Positions 63,476 to 64,000 of a stretch of DNA of 64,000 bases are shown here, piece by piece. The notes under the pieces are model-generated. The model was not told where the DNA came from and ran no database searches. It saw only the letters and a program-made list of their open reading frames with translations. How positions within the stretch are numbered: the stretch's first letter is position 1; every line of letters begins with the position of its first letter. Both the position numbers and the translations under genes were made by a program. Source of the DNA: an uncultured cyanobacterium (GTDB lineage Bacteria > Cyanobacteriota > Cyanobacteriia > PCC-6307 > Cyanobiaceae); NCBI GenBank assembly GCA_963765575.1, contig CAVXWZ010000002.1:256001-320000 (forward strand). Direction: 5' to 3'.

Positions 63476-64000
63476 ATGCGGCAGTCGGACACAGCGGGGA
63501 GGGGACTGCCTCCTGAGCTGGTGGTGGGACGCAGCCCGAGTCTGCGCGAACCGCTGCTGCACGGTGGCCGGATCCACTGGCTGGAGCAGCGGCCCCATGA
63601 GGGCGGGCGCACCACCCTGCTGATGCGCTCCATTGAGGACCGCGACAGCGAACCACTGGAGCTCACCCCGTCCCCCTGGAACCTGCGCACCCGCGTGCAT
63701 GCCTACGGCGGCGGCAGTTACGCCATCGCCGGCGACACCCTGGTGTTTGTGCACGATGGCGACCGCTGCCTCTGGCGCTGCCGTCTCGACCCGAGCAGCG
63801 GCCGGGCCCAGGGCCGGCCCGAACCCCTCACCACCCCGGCGGCGCGGGCCTTCGCCGATGGCCTGATCGACAGCCCTCGCCAGCGCTGGATCGGCGTGAT
63901 GGAGGTCGATGACAGCGACCTGCTGGTGGCGGTGCCGCTGGGCGGCGGCGAGCCCGCCACGCTGCATCGGCCGGCCGACTTCTGCGGCTACGCCTGCCTC
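63476..64000 (+). CDS. S9 family (prolyl oligopeptidase/acylaminoacyl peptidase) N-terminal part; runs off the window
   Basis: Manual translation: MRQSDTAG...WLEQRPHEGGRTTL...NLRTRVHAYGGG...FADGLID, typical of the S9 propeller N-terminus. Confidence 0.8.
   Translation, partial: MRQSDTAGRGLPPELVVGRSPSLREPLLHGGRIHWLEQRPHEGGRTTLLMRSIEDRDSEPLELTPSPWNLRTRVHAYGGGSYAIAGDTLVFVHDGDRCLWRCRLDPSSGRAQGRPEPLTTPAARAFADGLIDSPRQRWIGVMEVDDSDLLVAVPLGGGEPATLHRPADFCGYACL

Overview
High-GC picocyanobacterial (Cyanobium/Synechococcus-like) chromosomal segment made up almost entirely of core genes. It holds rpoB-rpoC1-rpoC2-hli-rlmN, tatD, rpsT, hisD, rpiA, an HtrA protease, rimP-nusA-ylxR-infB, tRNA-Thr(CGT), psbA (Glu130, D1:2-type), aspartoacylase, an ABC-F ATPase, CP12, obgE, mutS2, hemB, a DnaJ-class chaperone, a permuted two-piece tmRNA gene, smc, msrB, tRNA-Leu(GAG), accC, psbX, ycf66, a comM-like ATPase, rpsU and def. 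I found no prophage, integrase, IS element or CRISPR array, and no clear novel multi-gene system. The best leads are: (1) a 503-aa hypothetical protein carrying, in the correct order, the motifs of NAD(P)H-dependent glycerol-3-phosphate dehydrogenase (GpsA) in strongly diverged form, transcribed divergently from a Na+/solute symporter; (2) a DUF3747-like gene that appears to be broken by several frameshifts; (3) a single low-GC methyltransferase gene next to tRNA-Thr; (4) recurrent 15-bp tandem duplications at gene termini; and (5) remote-homology guesses for small unknown proteins (MliC-like, CsbD/YqjD-YqjE-like, paired half-propeller lipoproteins). All family calls come from reading motifs by eye; no database searches were run.
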